A DNA stretch of 64,000 bases, from contig JBAZNZ010000009.1 in assembly GCA_041648975.1 (NCBI GenBank), forward strand, positions 1,033-65,032, in the 5' to 3' direction. Each line of letters opens with the position of its first letter. Position 1 is the stretch's first letter. The position numbers and the translations under genes are program-made. This DNA comes from Candidatus Omnitrophota bacterium (GTDB lineage: Bacteria; Omnitrophota; Gorgyraeia; 2-01-FULL-45-10). The notes under the pieces were generated by a model that saw only the letters and a list, made by a program, of their open reading frames with translations, made no database searches and was not told where the DNA came from. Below, piece by piece: positions 36,361 to 45,706 of this stretch.

Positions 36361-37488
36361 TTATTGAAGCAGAGGAAGGATGGATTTGGCGGCGCGGAGG
36401 CGCGCGCCGGGTCCGCCTAAAGAAACCTTGACGGCCTGCAGGTCGCTTAGCATGGCGGCCATCTTGCCGGCGTTTTCCATTATCTCGACGGACTTGGCGG
36501 CTATATTAGCCGGCGTTGCGTCGTACTGCAAGAGTTCCGGCACCACTTCTTTTCCGGCGATGACATTGACGAGACCCACGAAGGGAGACTTCATGACGGC
36601 CTTATATAATATATATGTCAGGAAGCTTGTCTTATACATCATGACAAAAGGCGTCCCTATTATGGCGGTCTCAAGAGTTGCCGTCCCCGACGCTACTATT
36701 GCGAAGTCGGAGGCGCCCACGATATTATATGTATCGCTTGTAGCGATCCTGACGTCGAGGCCTGAATTGCCGACCGCTTCTTCGTAGAAACGTAAGGGAA
36801 GGCCGGGATGGCGCGCTATTATGAATTGCGCGCCTTTCAGTTTGTCGTTCAGGATGCCTGCGGCGGACAGCATCACCGGAAGGAAAGACCTTACCTCGAG
36901 AGAGCGCGAGCCGGGCAGGAGGGCGATCGTCTTCTTTCCTTTTAAAAGATCGTACGCCTTCATTACGTCATCCTTGGGCAGAGTCATCTTAACTATATCG
37001 ACTAGGGGATGGCCCACAAATTCCGCGTCCACTCCGTATCTCTTGTACAGCTCCTCCTCGAACTTGAAAAATACGATCATCTTCTTTACGCATCTCTTAA
37101 TTATCTCGATCCTGTCGAGCCCCCACGCCCATATCTGCGGGCTTATGTAGTATACGACGGGTATCGACCTCTTCTTCAGGGCTTTTGCCAGTCTCAGGTT
37201 AAAGCCGGGGTAGTCGACCAGTATGGCCAGGTCCGGCTTTTGGGCTTCTATCTTCGACATGACCGCCTTATAGGCTTTTCCGACGGTAGCTATGTTCTTT
37301 ACCACCTCGACCGCGCCGACCAACGCCAGTTTCGATATGTCGAAGATGACTTCAACGCCGGCCTCTTTGGAGAGTTCGCCGCCGGGCCCGAAAAAACGCA
37401 AGCCCTGCCGCATAGATCTTAAGTCTTTTACGAGATTGGAAGCATGTAGGTCGCCGGACGGTTCTCCGGCCACTATGAGGATATTCAT
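36361..37488 (-). CDS. lpxB: lipid-A-disaccharide synthase
   Basis: 375-aa ORF with N-terminal MNILIVAGEPSGDLHASNLVKDL. Confidence 0.85.
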   Translation of the reverse strand: MNILIVAGEPSGDLHASNLVKDLRSMRQGLRFFGPGGELSKEAGVEVIFDISKLALVGAVEVVKNIATVGKAYKAVMSKIEAQKPDLAILVDYPGFNLRLAKALKKRSIPVVYYISPQIWAWGLDRIEIIKRCVKKMIVFFKFEEELYKRYGVDAEFVGHPLVDIVKMTLPKDDVMKAYDLLKGKKTIALLPGSRSLEVRSFLPVMLSAAGILNDKLKGAQFIIARHPGLPLRFYEEAVGNSGLDVRIATSDTYNIVGASDFAIVASGTATLETAIIGTPFVMMYKTSFLTYILYKAVMKSPFVGLVNVIAGKEVVPELLQYDATPANIAAKSVEIMENAGKMAAMLSDLQAVKVSLGGPGARLRAAKSILPLLQ

Positions 37489-38411
37489 GGTTTCTTGGAA
37501 GGTAGTATCTTTTCCGTTATTTGAAGCGCTACCTGAAGGGCGCGCTTTCCTTCTACGCCGGAAACCTTAGGCCGCTTGCCGGTCCTTACGCATTCGATGA
37601 ACGACTTCAACTCCCGCTTCAACGCCTCTTTCTTCTTTATCTTTATCTTCTCTTTTATTATCCTATCATCGGTCTTTTTGAATATCGCGGCGTCCTGGGT
37701 GACGTAGTCCAGCGAAACGTAGGAGTCTTCCTGGAATATGCGCATCTTCCTGACGACGTCTTTTGTGACGCGGCTCGCCGTTATGTCGGCGATCGTCCCG
37801 TCTTCGAATGTCAGTCGGACGTTCGCGACGTCTTCATGGTCCGATATTGTGCTAAGCCCCACAGCCTCTATATTGACTACATCCTGCTCCATCAGTCCCA
37901 GGACTATGTCTATATCGTGTATCATGAGGTCCAGGACCACGCCCACGTCCTTCACCCTCTTGTGAAACGGCCCAAGCCTCTGGCATTCTATGAATTTCGG
38001 TTTCTTGAGATAAGGCTCTATCGCGAGGACCGCCGAATTGAACCTTTCGATATGGCCCACCTGGATTATGAGGTTCCTGTCCCTGGCTATCTGGACCAGC
38101 TCTTCAGCTTCCGAAAGGGTCTTTGTGATCGGTTTTTCTATTAAGACGTGAATGTCGTGGTTCAGGAACTCTTTGGCTATGTTGTAATGCAGACTCGTGG
38201 GGACGGCTATACTTACGGCTTGGACCTTATCAAAAAGCTCTTCATAATCGGCATAACTGGAAGTATGGTACTTCTTACCGGCCTCCAGGGCCTGCTCCAG
38301 GTTGCAGTCGCATATGCCTACCAGTTTTACGTTGTCGAGCCTCGAATAGACCTTGGTGTGGAATGTGCCCAGACGGCCGACACCTACTACTCCGATTTTT
38401 ATCTTTTCCAT
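37485..38411 (-). CDS. Gfo/Idh/MocA-family NAD-dependent oxidoreductase (possibly GnnA-like, given lpx context)
   Basis: Rossmann N-terminus KIKIGVVGVGRLG; 308 aa; overlaps the lpxB stop codon. Confidence 0.7.
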   Translation of the reverse strand: MEKIKIGVVGVGRLGTFHTKVYSRLDNVKLVGICDCNLEQALEAGKKYHTSSYADYEELFDKVQAVSIAVPTSLHYNIAKEFLNHDIHVLIEKPITKTLSEAEELVQIARDRNLIIQVGHIERFNSAVLAIEPYLKKPKFIECQRLGPFHKRVKDVGVVLDLMIHDIDIVLGLMEQDVVNIEAVGLSTISDHEDVANVRLTFEDGTIADITASRVTKDVVRKMRIFQEDSYVSLDYVTQDAAIFKKTDDRIIKEKIKIKKKEALKRELKSFIECVRTGKRPKVSGVEGKRALQVALQITEKILPSKKP

Positions 38412-38616
38412 GCTATTTCCTCAGGTACACAAGGGTGGATTATATCACTAATGTACCGCTTTTGCAAGAAGTTAACCAATAATCTATGTTAGACCTACGA
38501 GGAGTGCCCCGCCGATTCTTTCACTCGGGGCGGGATCCCGCCCCGAGTCTTATTCCGGGCGGGGATTACTTAGGCTCGTCACACCTCGTAGGTGATAGGT
38601 CATCTTCAAATTTGCC

Positions 38617-38645
38617 TCGACAACCCGGTGCCATTGTGTTAATAT
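38617..38645 (+). promoter_or_regulatory. putative msbA promoter TCGACA-17-(TGt)TAATAT
   Basis: Extended -10 TGtTAATAT; a -35-like TCGACA lies 17 bp upstream. Confidence 0.35.
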
Positions 38646-38767
38646 ATGAAGCCGTTGTGGTCTAAGTTTGGAATTTTCATTCGCACTGGCGAAATCCCGC
38701 CCCTAATACCTGCATCCTAAAGACTGCGGTCTGAATTGGCGGGATGAATCCCCTGATTGGATAAAAT

Positions 38768-40591
38768 ATGAATAAATACGCGAGGCTCGTAAGGTTCGTT
38801 ATACCGCACGCATGGGAGCTTGTGCTGGCCGCTGTCTGCATGGTCATCACATCCGCATTCGGCGGCGTATCCATAAGCATGATAATACCGCTTGTGGATA
38901 AGGTAATAGCCGGCAAGAAGATAATGGTGCCGGGAAACGTGCCTTTGCCTGCCCCGATCCAGTACCTTTTAGATGCAGCTAACTCTATGTCAGCCATGGA
39001 GTTGTTGAACAGCATGATGATAATTGTCACGGTGCTGTGGCTATTAAAGAACTTCTTCGGATTCTACCAGACATATCTGATGAACGACGTATCCCAGCGC
39101 GTCATAAGGGATGTCAAGAACACCATATACAAGAAATTTCTCACCCTTTCCATGGATTTTTATTCAAGGAACTCTACCGGCAAATTGATGTCCAGAGTGA
39201 CATACGACGCCGCTATAATAAGGGATTCCATATCCTCGGGCCTCACGGACCTTTTTTACCAGCCTATCCAGCTCATCATCTACATGTCGATGTTGATAGG
39301 GATAAAGGTATACTTCTCCATATCCTGGGTGCTTATAGTCATAAGCATAGGGATATTCCTGCTGGTGGTATACCCGGTGATGCTGATAGGCAAGAAACTT
39401 AAAGCCATATCCAAGAAATCTCAGGAGAAGATGGGGGATATAACCACGACCCTGCACGAGACGATATCGGGCGTGCGTGTCGTAAAGGCCTTCTCCATGG
39501 AAGATTATGAAGCGAAAAAATTCGCCGACCAGAATAACTACTTCTATAAGCTTGAAATGAAATCGGTGAAGAGGATGGCCGTTGTCAGCCCGTTGACGGA
39601 ATTCGTCGGGATGATCTGCGTTGCGGTGATCCTGTGGATAGCGGGTAAGGAGATAGTCTCGGGTGCGTTGTCTGCGGGCGCTTTTGTCACGTTCCTCGCA
39701 TGCATGCTCTCCATATTGAAGCCAATCAAGCGTCTCACGAACGTATACAATATAAACCAGCAAGCGCTTGCGGCCGCCGACAGGATATTCGAGACTCTCG
39801 ACGCGAACCCTTCAGTAATGGAGAAGCCCGGGGCCGTAGAATTGCCAAGGATAAGAGAGCGCGTGGCATTGAGACACGTCTATTTCAGGTACGAGGATAA
39901 GGATATATTAAAAGATATAAATATTGAGGTGAAGGTCGGCGAGATCGCGGCGTTTGTGGGCCCAAGCGGCGTCGGCAAGACTACGCTGGTCAATCTGGTC
40001 CCGCGTTTTTATGATGTTACTGAGGGGCAAATCCTGGTCGACGGCATAGATGTCCGGGATTGTACGCTGAAATCGCTCATGGGCCAGATAGGCATCGTTA
40101 CGCAGGAGACGATATTATTTAATGATACGGTCGCCTCGAACATAGCCTACGGCACCAGGAGTTTCGATAAGGACGGCGTGATGAGGGCCGCCAAGATAGC
40201 TAACGCCCACGATTTTATAATGAGGATGCCAAAGGGTTACGAGACGATGATCGGCGAGCGCGGGTTCAGGCTTTCAGGCGGCGAGAAGCAGAGGCTTGCC
40301 ATAGCCAGGGCCGTCTTCAAAGACCCGCCGATCCTGATACTCGATGAGGCGACCTCCCAGCTCGATACGGAGTCCGAGATACTGGTCCAGGAGGCCATAG
40401 ACAGGATGATGAAGGGCAGGACGGTCTTCGTCATCGCCCACCGCCTGAGCACGATAAAACACGCCACATCAATATATGTATTGGACGCCGGCAGGGTGGT
40501 CGACAAGGGCTCGCATGAGGAGCTTATCGCGAAAGAGGGCCTCTATAAGCGCCTTTATGACATGCAGTTCAGGGATAATGTGTTGAGGTAA
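38768..40591 (+). CDS. msbA: lipid A export ABC transporter MsbA-like (fused permease and ATPase)
   Basis: Six-transmembrane N-terminal domain plus an ABC nucleotide-binding domain (GPSGVGKTT, LSGGEKQR, ILILDEATS); 607 aa. Confidence 0.8.
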   Translation: MNKYARLVRFVIPHAWELVLAAVCMVITSAFGGVSISMIIPLVDKVIAGKKIMVPGNVPLPAPIQYLLDAANSMSAMELLNSMMIIVTVLWLLKNFFGFYQTYLMNDVSQRVIRDVKNTIYKKFLTLSMDFYSRNSTGKLMSRVTYDAAIIRDSISSGLTDLFYQPIQLIIYMSMLIGIKVYFSISWVLIVISIGIFLLVVYPVMLIGKKLKAISKKSQEKMGDITTTLHETISGVRVVKAFSMEDYEAKKFADQNNYFYKLEMKSVKRMAVVSPLTEFVGMICVAVILWIAGKEIVSGALSAGAFVTFLACMLSILKPIKRLTNVYNINQQALAAADRIFETLDANPSVMEKPGAVELPRIRERVALRHVYFRYEDKDILKDINIEVKVGEIAAFVGPSGVGKTTLVNLVPRFYDVTEGQILVDGIDVRDCTLKSLMGQIGIVTQETILFNDTVASNIAYGTRSFDKDGVMRAAKIANAHDFIMRMPKGYETMIGERGFRLSGGEKQRLAIARAVFKDPPILILDEATSQLDTESEILVQEAIDRMMKGRTVFVIAHRLSTIKHATSIYVLDAGRVVDKGSHEELIAKEGLYKRLYDMQFRDNVLR

Positions 40592-40812
40592 AATTTTTCG
40601 CCTCGCCACAGGGCAGCTTAACGGCAGGCGCCCTTTCGGCTAATTTTGCCGTCAAGAGTATATAGGTCAATGTTTGTAATTAATTTTTATTTTGCTGTTA
40701 TGCAGACAACGGCTTTAAGGAATTTGGGTGTAGTGCGGTGTCGACAAAATATAACGCCTCAAGGGCAACCTGCCGTTATCTGCCCTTGCAGTTAAGAGCG
40801 AAGAAATTTTGC
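40590..40812 (+). mobile_element. MITE-like element copy C
   Basis: Near-identical ends to copies A and B; starts at the msbA stop codon. Confidence 0.6.
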
Positions 40813-41185
40813 TGAGGGGGCAGGTTAAAAGCCGCTCCGGCAATCGCCCAAAAGTTCTGCCACCTGAGTAGCGAAAAATTTTAGCTTGGGAACAGATTAA
40901 AACCTAAGCCGACGTTATGATGAGCACATTGAAAATATTAGGTCTTTGTGATGGAGAAAAACGGTTATATATAAGCATTTTTGCATATTAAAAGAGCCAA
41001 GGCTGTTCGAGGCCGGATCATCGTCCCGCCGAAAGCGGGACGCCGGCCGAGTTGCCGCAGGCTCCCGTTTTTCGACTGAACAAAGACCGACCCTATAGCT
41101 ATACTGAAGGGGGAATATTTTCAGTGCTCACATAACTAGGCTTAGGTTAGAGCAGTATCTGTAAAAATTTCATTCACAAATATCC

Positions 41186-41214
41186 TTGCAAAATAGGGTC
41201 GGACAGCGTATAAT
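41186..41214 (+). promoter_or_regulatory. rpsB promoter TTGCAA-17-TATAAT
   Basis: TTGCAAaatagggtcggacagcgTATAAT, about 78 nt upstream of the rpsB ATG. Confidence 0.55.
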
Positions 41215-41292
41215 ATCGAGACTTAAAATCGCATAAAGTAGTATATACAATGGACATAACACAATGAGAAGGAAGGAGAAAGAAAGTAAAAT

Positions 41293-42147
41293 ATGGTAGA
41301 ATCTGCGTTGATGAAGAACTTATTAGAGGCGGGGGTGCACTTCGGTCATGAGACGAAGAGGTGGAACCCCAAGATGAAGAAGTATATATTCGGCGAAAAG
41401 AACGGCATCTACATCATAGACCTTTCCAAGACCGAAGAATGCATAAGGAAGGCATGCGATTTCCTGAGATCCATCGCCACGAGCGGCGGCTACGTCCTGT
41501 TTATCGGAACGAAGAAACAGGCCCAGGATATAATCAAAGAGGACGCGTCGAGATGCGGCATGTTCTTTGTGAACCAGAGGTGGCTCGGCGGTATGCTGAC
41601 CAATTTCCAGACGATAAAGAAGAGCATCAAGCGTCTGACTGAGATTGAAAGGCTCAAAGAGGATGGCACCCTTGCCAAGCTGTCGAAGAAAGAGGCTTCC
41701 AAGCTGAATAAAGAGATGTTCAAACTGAATAAGAACCTCGAGGGCGTCAGGGCCATGGATAAATTGCCAAAGGCCGTATTTGTCGTGGACTCTAAAAAAG
41801 AGGACATAGCGGTAAAAGAGGCGAAGTTATTGAAGATCCCTATAATAGCGCTCGTCGATACGAACTCCGATCCGGATATGGTCAATTACATCATACCCGG
41901 CAATGACGACGCGATCCGCTCGATAAAGCTTGTCACCGGCATCATAGCCGACAGCCTTATGGAAGGTAAACGGGCTTTTGCGGCGAGCGAGGCCAAGGCA
42001 AAGGAAGAGGCTGAAGAAGAGGCTGAAGATGGGATAAAGGTCGTTGATGAGAAGATAGAGGAACTTGTCGAAGGAGACCTCAAATTAAAAGAAGACGAGT
42101 CTCTGCCTAAAGACGTTCCCATAAAGAAGAAGAAGAAAGTTAAATAA
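41293..42147 (+). CDS. rpsB: ribosomal protein uS2
   Basis: [20 protein letters not shown]-terminus; K/E-rich C-terminal extension; 284 aa. Confidence 0.95.
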   Translation: MVESALMKNLLEAGVHFGHETKRWNPKMKKYIFGEKNGIYIIDLSKTEECIRKACDFLRSIATSGGYVLFIGTKKQAQDIIKEDASRCGMFFVNQRWLGGMLTNFQTIKKSIKRLTEIERLKEDGTLAKLSKKEASKLNKEMFKLNKNLEGVRAMDKLPKAVFVVDSKKEDIAVKEAKLLKIPIIALVDTNSDPDMVNYIIPGNDDAIRSIKLVTGIIADSLMEGKRAFAASEAKAKEEAEEEAEDGIKVVDEKIEELVEGDLKLKEDESLPKDVPIKKKKKVK

Positions 42148-42161
42148 GCGTGATGACTGAG

Positions 42162-42255
42162 GTAGTGATTAAGCAATTAAGTTATTAAGCGATTAAGTTT
42201 TACTTAATCACTTAATCGCTGAGAGGATATAAAGCATAGAATCGCTTAATTACCA
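42162..42255. repeat. word-built hairpin (ATTAAG/CTTAAT, AATCGC words)
   Basis: GTGATTAAGCAATTAAGTTATTAAGCGATTAAGT TTT ACTTAATCACTTAATCGCT ... ATCGCTTAATTACC; lies downstream of rpsB. Confidence 0.65.
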
Positions 42256-42278
42256 AGTCAACTTTACGAGGAGAAACG

Positions 42279-42863
42279 ATGATAGACGCGATAAAGAAAC
42301 TCAGGGAAAAGACGAACGCCGGCGTTGTGGATTGCAAAAAGGCGCTCCGCGAATCGGGCGGGGATATCGATAAAGCGGTTGAGGTATTGAGAAAGCAGGG
42401 AGTGGCCCTGGCATCCAAGAAGATCGGGCGCGCGGCTAAAGAGGGACGGATAGAGAGCTATATCCACCTCGGCGGTAAGATAGGGGTCCTGGTCGAAGTA
42501 GATTGCGAATCGGACTTCGTAGCGAGGAACGACGACTTCAAGACATTCGTGAAGAACCTGGCCATGCAGGTCGCCGCGTCCAATCCGATATATGTGAAGA
42601 GAGAGGATGTGTCGGACGCCGCCATAAAGAAAGAAACAGAGATAATAAAGGCGCAGCTGGTGGGTAAACCGGCCGCCGCCGCGGATAAGATAATAGACGG
42701 CAAGCTGACTAAATTCTACGAAGAGGTCTGCCTTCTTGAGCAGCCTTTCATAAAGGACCCAAGCCTGAAGGTCAAGGATGTCTTGACGTCGATGATCGCC
42801 AAGATAGGCGAGAATATCATAGTGCGCAGGTTCACGAGATTTCAGGTTGGGGAAGAGCTATAA
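42279..42863 (+). CDS. tsf: elongation factor Ts (short form)
   Basis: 194-aa ORF with the UBA-like N-terminus IKKLREKTNAGVVDCKKAL. Confidence 0.9.
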   Translation: MIDAIKKLREKTNAGVVDCKKALRESGGDIDKAVEVLRKQGVALASKKIGRAAKEGRIESYIHLGGKIGVLVEVDCESDFVARNDDFKTFVKNLAMQVAASNPIYVKREDVSDAAIKKETEIIKAQLVGKPAAAADKIIDGKLTKFYEEVCLLEQPFIKDPSLKVKDVLTSMIAKIGENIIVRRFTRFQVGEEL

Positions 42864-42865
42864 AA

Positions 42866-42934
42866 CAGTTGTAAGCTATAAGTTGTAAGTCATAAATTTT
42901 TGTCTTACAACTTAAAACTTACGACTTACAACTA
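42866..42934. repeat. word-built hairpin (GTAAG/CTTAC words)
   Basis: AGTTGTAAGCTATAAGTTGTAAGTCATAAA | TTTTTGTCTTACAACTTAAAACTTACGACTTACAACT; runs right up to the pyrH ATG. Confidence 0.65.
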
Positions 42935-42937
42935 ACT

Positions 42938-43654
42938 ATGTCCAAGCCAGTATTTAAACGTGTAGTTCTGAAACTTTCGGGCGAGGCGCTTCAGGGACGC
43001 ATGGGTTCCGGCATCGATTACGAAGTCATCGCCTCGATCGCCAGCCAGATCAAAGAGGCCAGGAAGCTCGGCGTAGACATAGCTATAGTTATCGGCGGCG
43101 GCAATATATTCCGCGGGGTCTCCGGCAACGTTAAAGGCATAGACAGGGTCAGCGCCGATTATATGGGTATGCTCGCGACGGTGATAAACGGCCTCGCCCT
43201 GCAGGACGCGCTCGAAAAAGTCGGGGTATTTACGAGGGTACAGACCGCTATAGCGATGCAGGCCCTCGCTGAGCCGTATATAAGACGGCGCGCCATAAGA
43301 CATCTCGAAAAGAACAGGGTAGTGATATTTGTCGGCGGCACCGGTAACCCTTATTTCACTACCGATACTACGGCGGCGCTGCGAGCGATAGAGATAGGCG
43401 CTGATGTCATATTGAAAGCCACTAAAGTAGACGGGATATATTCGTCCGACCCGGTCAAGAACAAGAAGGCCCGGAAATTCGAGAGCTTAAGGTATATCGA
43501 TGTCCTGAAAAAAGGATTGAAGGTCATGGACGCGACGGCCACAAGCCTGTGCATGGACAACAAACTTCCCATAATAGTCTTCAATCTTCTCAGGGAAGGG
43601 AACATAAAAAGGGTTTTACTCGGGGAAAAAATAGGGACTGTAGTAAAAGGATGA
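42938..43654 (+). CDS. pyrH: UMP kinase
   Basis: Amino-acid kinase motif [12 protein letters not shown]; 238 aa. Confidence 0.9.
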   Translation: MSKPVFKRVVLKLSGEALQGRMGSGIDYEVIASIASQIKEARKLGVDIAIVIGGGNIFRGVSGNVKGIDRVSADYMGMLATVINGLALQDALEKVGVFTRVQTAIAMQALAEPYIRRRAIRHLEKNRVVIFVGGTGNPYFTTDTTAALRAIEIGADVILKATKVDGIYSSDPVKNKKARKFESLRYIDVLKKGLKVMDATATSLCMDNKLPIIVFNLLREGNIKRVLLGEKIGTVVKG

Positions 43655-43671
43655 ACTAACGGGGTGAAGAT

Positions 43672-44229
43672 ATGACGCTTAAAGAGATTGTTCACGATAC
43701 GGAAATGAAGATGAAGAAGACCGTTGAGGCCACGCAGAGAGAATTCTCTGTAATAAGGACAGGCAGGGCGTCAACAGCTCTTGTAGAAGGCATAAGGGTG
43801 GATTATTACGGCACGTTGACGCCTATAAGACAGCTGGCCGCGATATCGACACCCGACGCCAAGAATATAGTCATACAGGCCTGGGACAAGAACGCGCTGG
43901 GGGAGATCGAAAAGGCCATACTTAAATCGGAAATAGGCATCGTTCCAACAAATGACGGCAAGGTCTTAAGGCTCACGGTCCCGTCGCTTACACAGGAGCG
44001 TAAGCAGGAATTGGATAAGATATTGAAGAAGATAGCCGAGGACGGCAGGGTATCGCTCCGCACCGGAAGGCACAGCGCGGTAGAGCACGTGAGGAAAGCG
44101 GAAAAAGACAAGTTGATCACCGAAGACGAGAAGTTTAAGGGGCAGGAAGACATCCAGAAGCTCACCGATAAGTACATTAAAGATATAGATAACCTCCTCG
44201 CCGGTAAAGAGAAGGAAATCCAAGGATAG
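43672..44229 (+). CDS. frr: ribosome recycling factor
   Basis: 185-aa ORF with the RRF fold signature. Confidence 0.9.
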   Translation: MTLKEIVHDTEMKMKKTVEATQREFSVIRTGRASTALVEGIRVDYYGTLTPIRQLAAISTPDAKNIVIQAWDKNALGEIEKAILKSEIGIVPTNDGKVLRLTVPSLTQERKQELDKILKKIAEDGRVSLRTGRHSAVEHVRKAEKDKLITEDEKFKGQEDIQKLTDKYIKDIDNLLAGKEKEIQG

Positions 44230-44320
44230 CGATTAAGCAATTAAGTGATTAAGTAGCTTATCCTTAAACTTAATAACTTAATCGCCAAAGTCAATTTAAG
44301 TATATAATCGCTTAATTACT
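44230..44320. repeat. word-built hairpin (ATTAAG/AATCGC words)
   Basis: GCGATTAAGCAATTAAGTGATTAAGTAG ... ACTTAATAACTTAATCGCC ... ATAATCGCTTAATTACT; shares the 15-mer ATTAAGCAATTAAGT with the repeat at 42162. Confidence 0.65.
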
Positions 44321-44339
44321 GACTCAATTTGACTCACTA

Positions 44340-44415
44340 GGGCCACTAGCTCATCTGGCAGAGCACCACACTTTTAATGTGGTTGCGGTTGGTTCGAGTC
44401 CAACGTGGCCCACCA
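44340..44415 (+). tRNA. tRNA-Lys (anticodon UUU)
   Basis: Acceptor stem GGGCCAC/GTGGCCC, D-arm TAGCTCATCTGGCAGAGCA, anticodon loop CTTTTAA, T-arm GGTTCGAGTCC, CCA encoded. Confidence 0.85.
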
Positions 44416-44804
44416 TTTTTTGCCTGTAACCTTCGTCATGGCAAAAAATGATCCCGAGGAGATGTAGTTAAACTGAGGCGACGAGGGACTACCTACTAAA
44501 GGACGCCAGCCCGGGCAAAAAATGTTCAAAGGGGAAAACGTAGTTTTCCCCTTATGACGTTCGCTCGCCGACCCAATATCTATAGCTCGCTCTCTGTATC
44601 CCTTTTCCTTATAGGAATATCTCGCCACAACCAAACTTAACCTATAGAAGGGAAAAGGAGGAGAATGTCCTCCTTTTCCCTTACTAACCCATATCCTCCA
44701 AAAGTTGTGTCGCCTTCGGCGACCTTAATCGATTTTTCTTTTCACTGTAAGCGCGACGTGAGGGTCCTCGTGGCTTATCTTTTTAAAAATCCAGCTATTA
44801 ACAA

Positions 44805-44833
44805 TTGACAAACCTATGGATTTACGGTAAATA
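44805..44833 (+). promoter_or_regulatory. promoter TTGACA-17-TAAATA upstream of the AsmA-like genes
   Basis: TTGACAaacctatggatttacggTAAATA; the ATG at 44862 follows. Confidence 0.5.
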
Positions 44834-44861
44834 ATAAGGTACAAGAAATGGAGGCGGCACA

Positions 44862-45698
44862 ATGAAGAAAATTATCACCATCGCTGCAGTTGTTTTAGTC
44901 GTGGTCTTTGTCGCGGCGTTTACCAAAGACGCTGTAATAAAGATGTCTGTCGAAAAGGGCGTTGAGCTCGTGATGGGCCTTAAACTTAATATCGGAGGCC
45001 TTAGCGTAGGGATCCTCAGGCCAATAGTCCATATCAAAAACCTCAAATTACTGAACCCCCCGGGTTTCCATGACAGGACTATGATAGATATGCCGGAGAT
45101 ATATGTAAATTATGACCTTCCCGCAATTATGGGAGGCAAGATACACCTTCCCGAGGTCCGTCTGGCGTTAAGAGAATTTGTCGTAGTGAAGAACGCCAAC
45201 GGTAAACTTAATCTCGATTCCTTAAGGATGGTCCGGGCGCAGAAAGAAGGCAAGGCACCCTCCGAAGAAACGCCCGGCAAGGCCCCCGAAATACAGATAG
45301 ACTCCCTTAATCTCAGTATAGGTAAAGTCGTATACAGGGATTACTCAAAAGGCGGCGCGCCGATAGTAAAAGAGTTCAATGTCAATATCAATGAGAGTTA
45401 TACCAACGTCGATGATCCATATTCGCTGGCAAGCCTGATCGTCGTAAAGGCCCTGATGAACACGTCTATAGCGTCTCTAACGAATTTTGACCTAAGGGGG
45501 ATGCAGGGCACTATAGGAGATACGCTGGCTTCCGCGCATAAGATGGCCGCCAACGTTATGGAGAATGTCGCTGCCTCACAGGAAACGGCAAAACAGGCCG
45601 CTAAAGCGGCGACCGAAGCCGCGGCGAAGGCGCAGGATGTCGCAAAGCAGACCGCGGATACGGTAAAGAACGTCTTTAAGAATCCTTTCGGTGAGTAA
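44862..45698 (+). CDS. AsmA-N-terminal-like secreted protein
   Basis: Signal/transmembrane N-terminus; N-domain resembles the start of AsmA-family proteins; A/K/Q-rich C-terminus. Confidence 0.45.
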   Translation: MKKIITIAAVVLVVVFVAAFTKDAVIKMSVEKGVELVMGLKLNIGGLSVGILRPIVHIKNLKLLNPPGFHDRTMIDMPEIYVNYDLPAIMGGKIHLPEVRLALREFVVVKNANGKLNLDSLRMVRAQKEGKAPSEETPGKAPEIQIDSLNLSIGKVVYRDYSKGGAPIVKEFNVNINESYTNVDDPYSLASLIVVKALMNTSIASLTNFDLRGMQGTIGDTLASAHKMAANVMENVAASQETAKQAAKAATEAAAKAQDVAKQTADTVKNVFKNPFGE

Positions 45699-45706
45699 GA
45701 TCCAAC

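Noticed and set aside
12170-44320. Word-repeat hairpins considered as CRISPR arrays
   Set aside because: There is no constant direct repeat alternating with unique spacers. Each locus is an inverted, not direct, repeat, and no cas genes are present.
44416-44448. TTTTTTGCC...GGCAAAAAA hairpin after tRNA-Lys as an intrinsic terminator
   Set aside because: The U-run lies 5' of the stem on the plus strand and only an A-run follows it, so it is not a canonical terminator for plus-strand transcription. It is treated as an A/T-tract hairpin related to the AAAATTTT-cored repeat ends.
44416-44800. tmRNA (ssrA) downstream of tRNA-Lys
   Set aside because: No tag-peptide reading frame ending in ...ALAA-stop and no tRNA-Ala-like 3' acceptor/T-arm were found.
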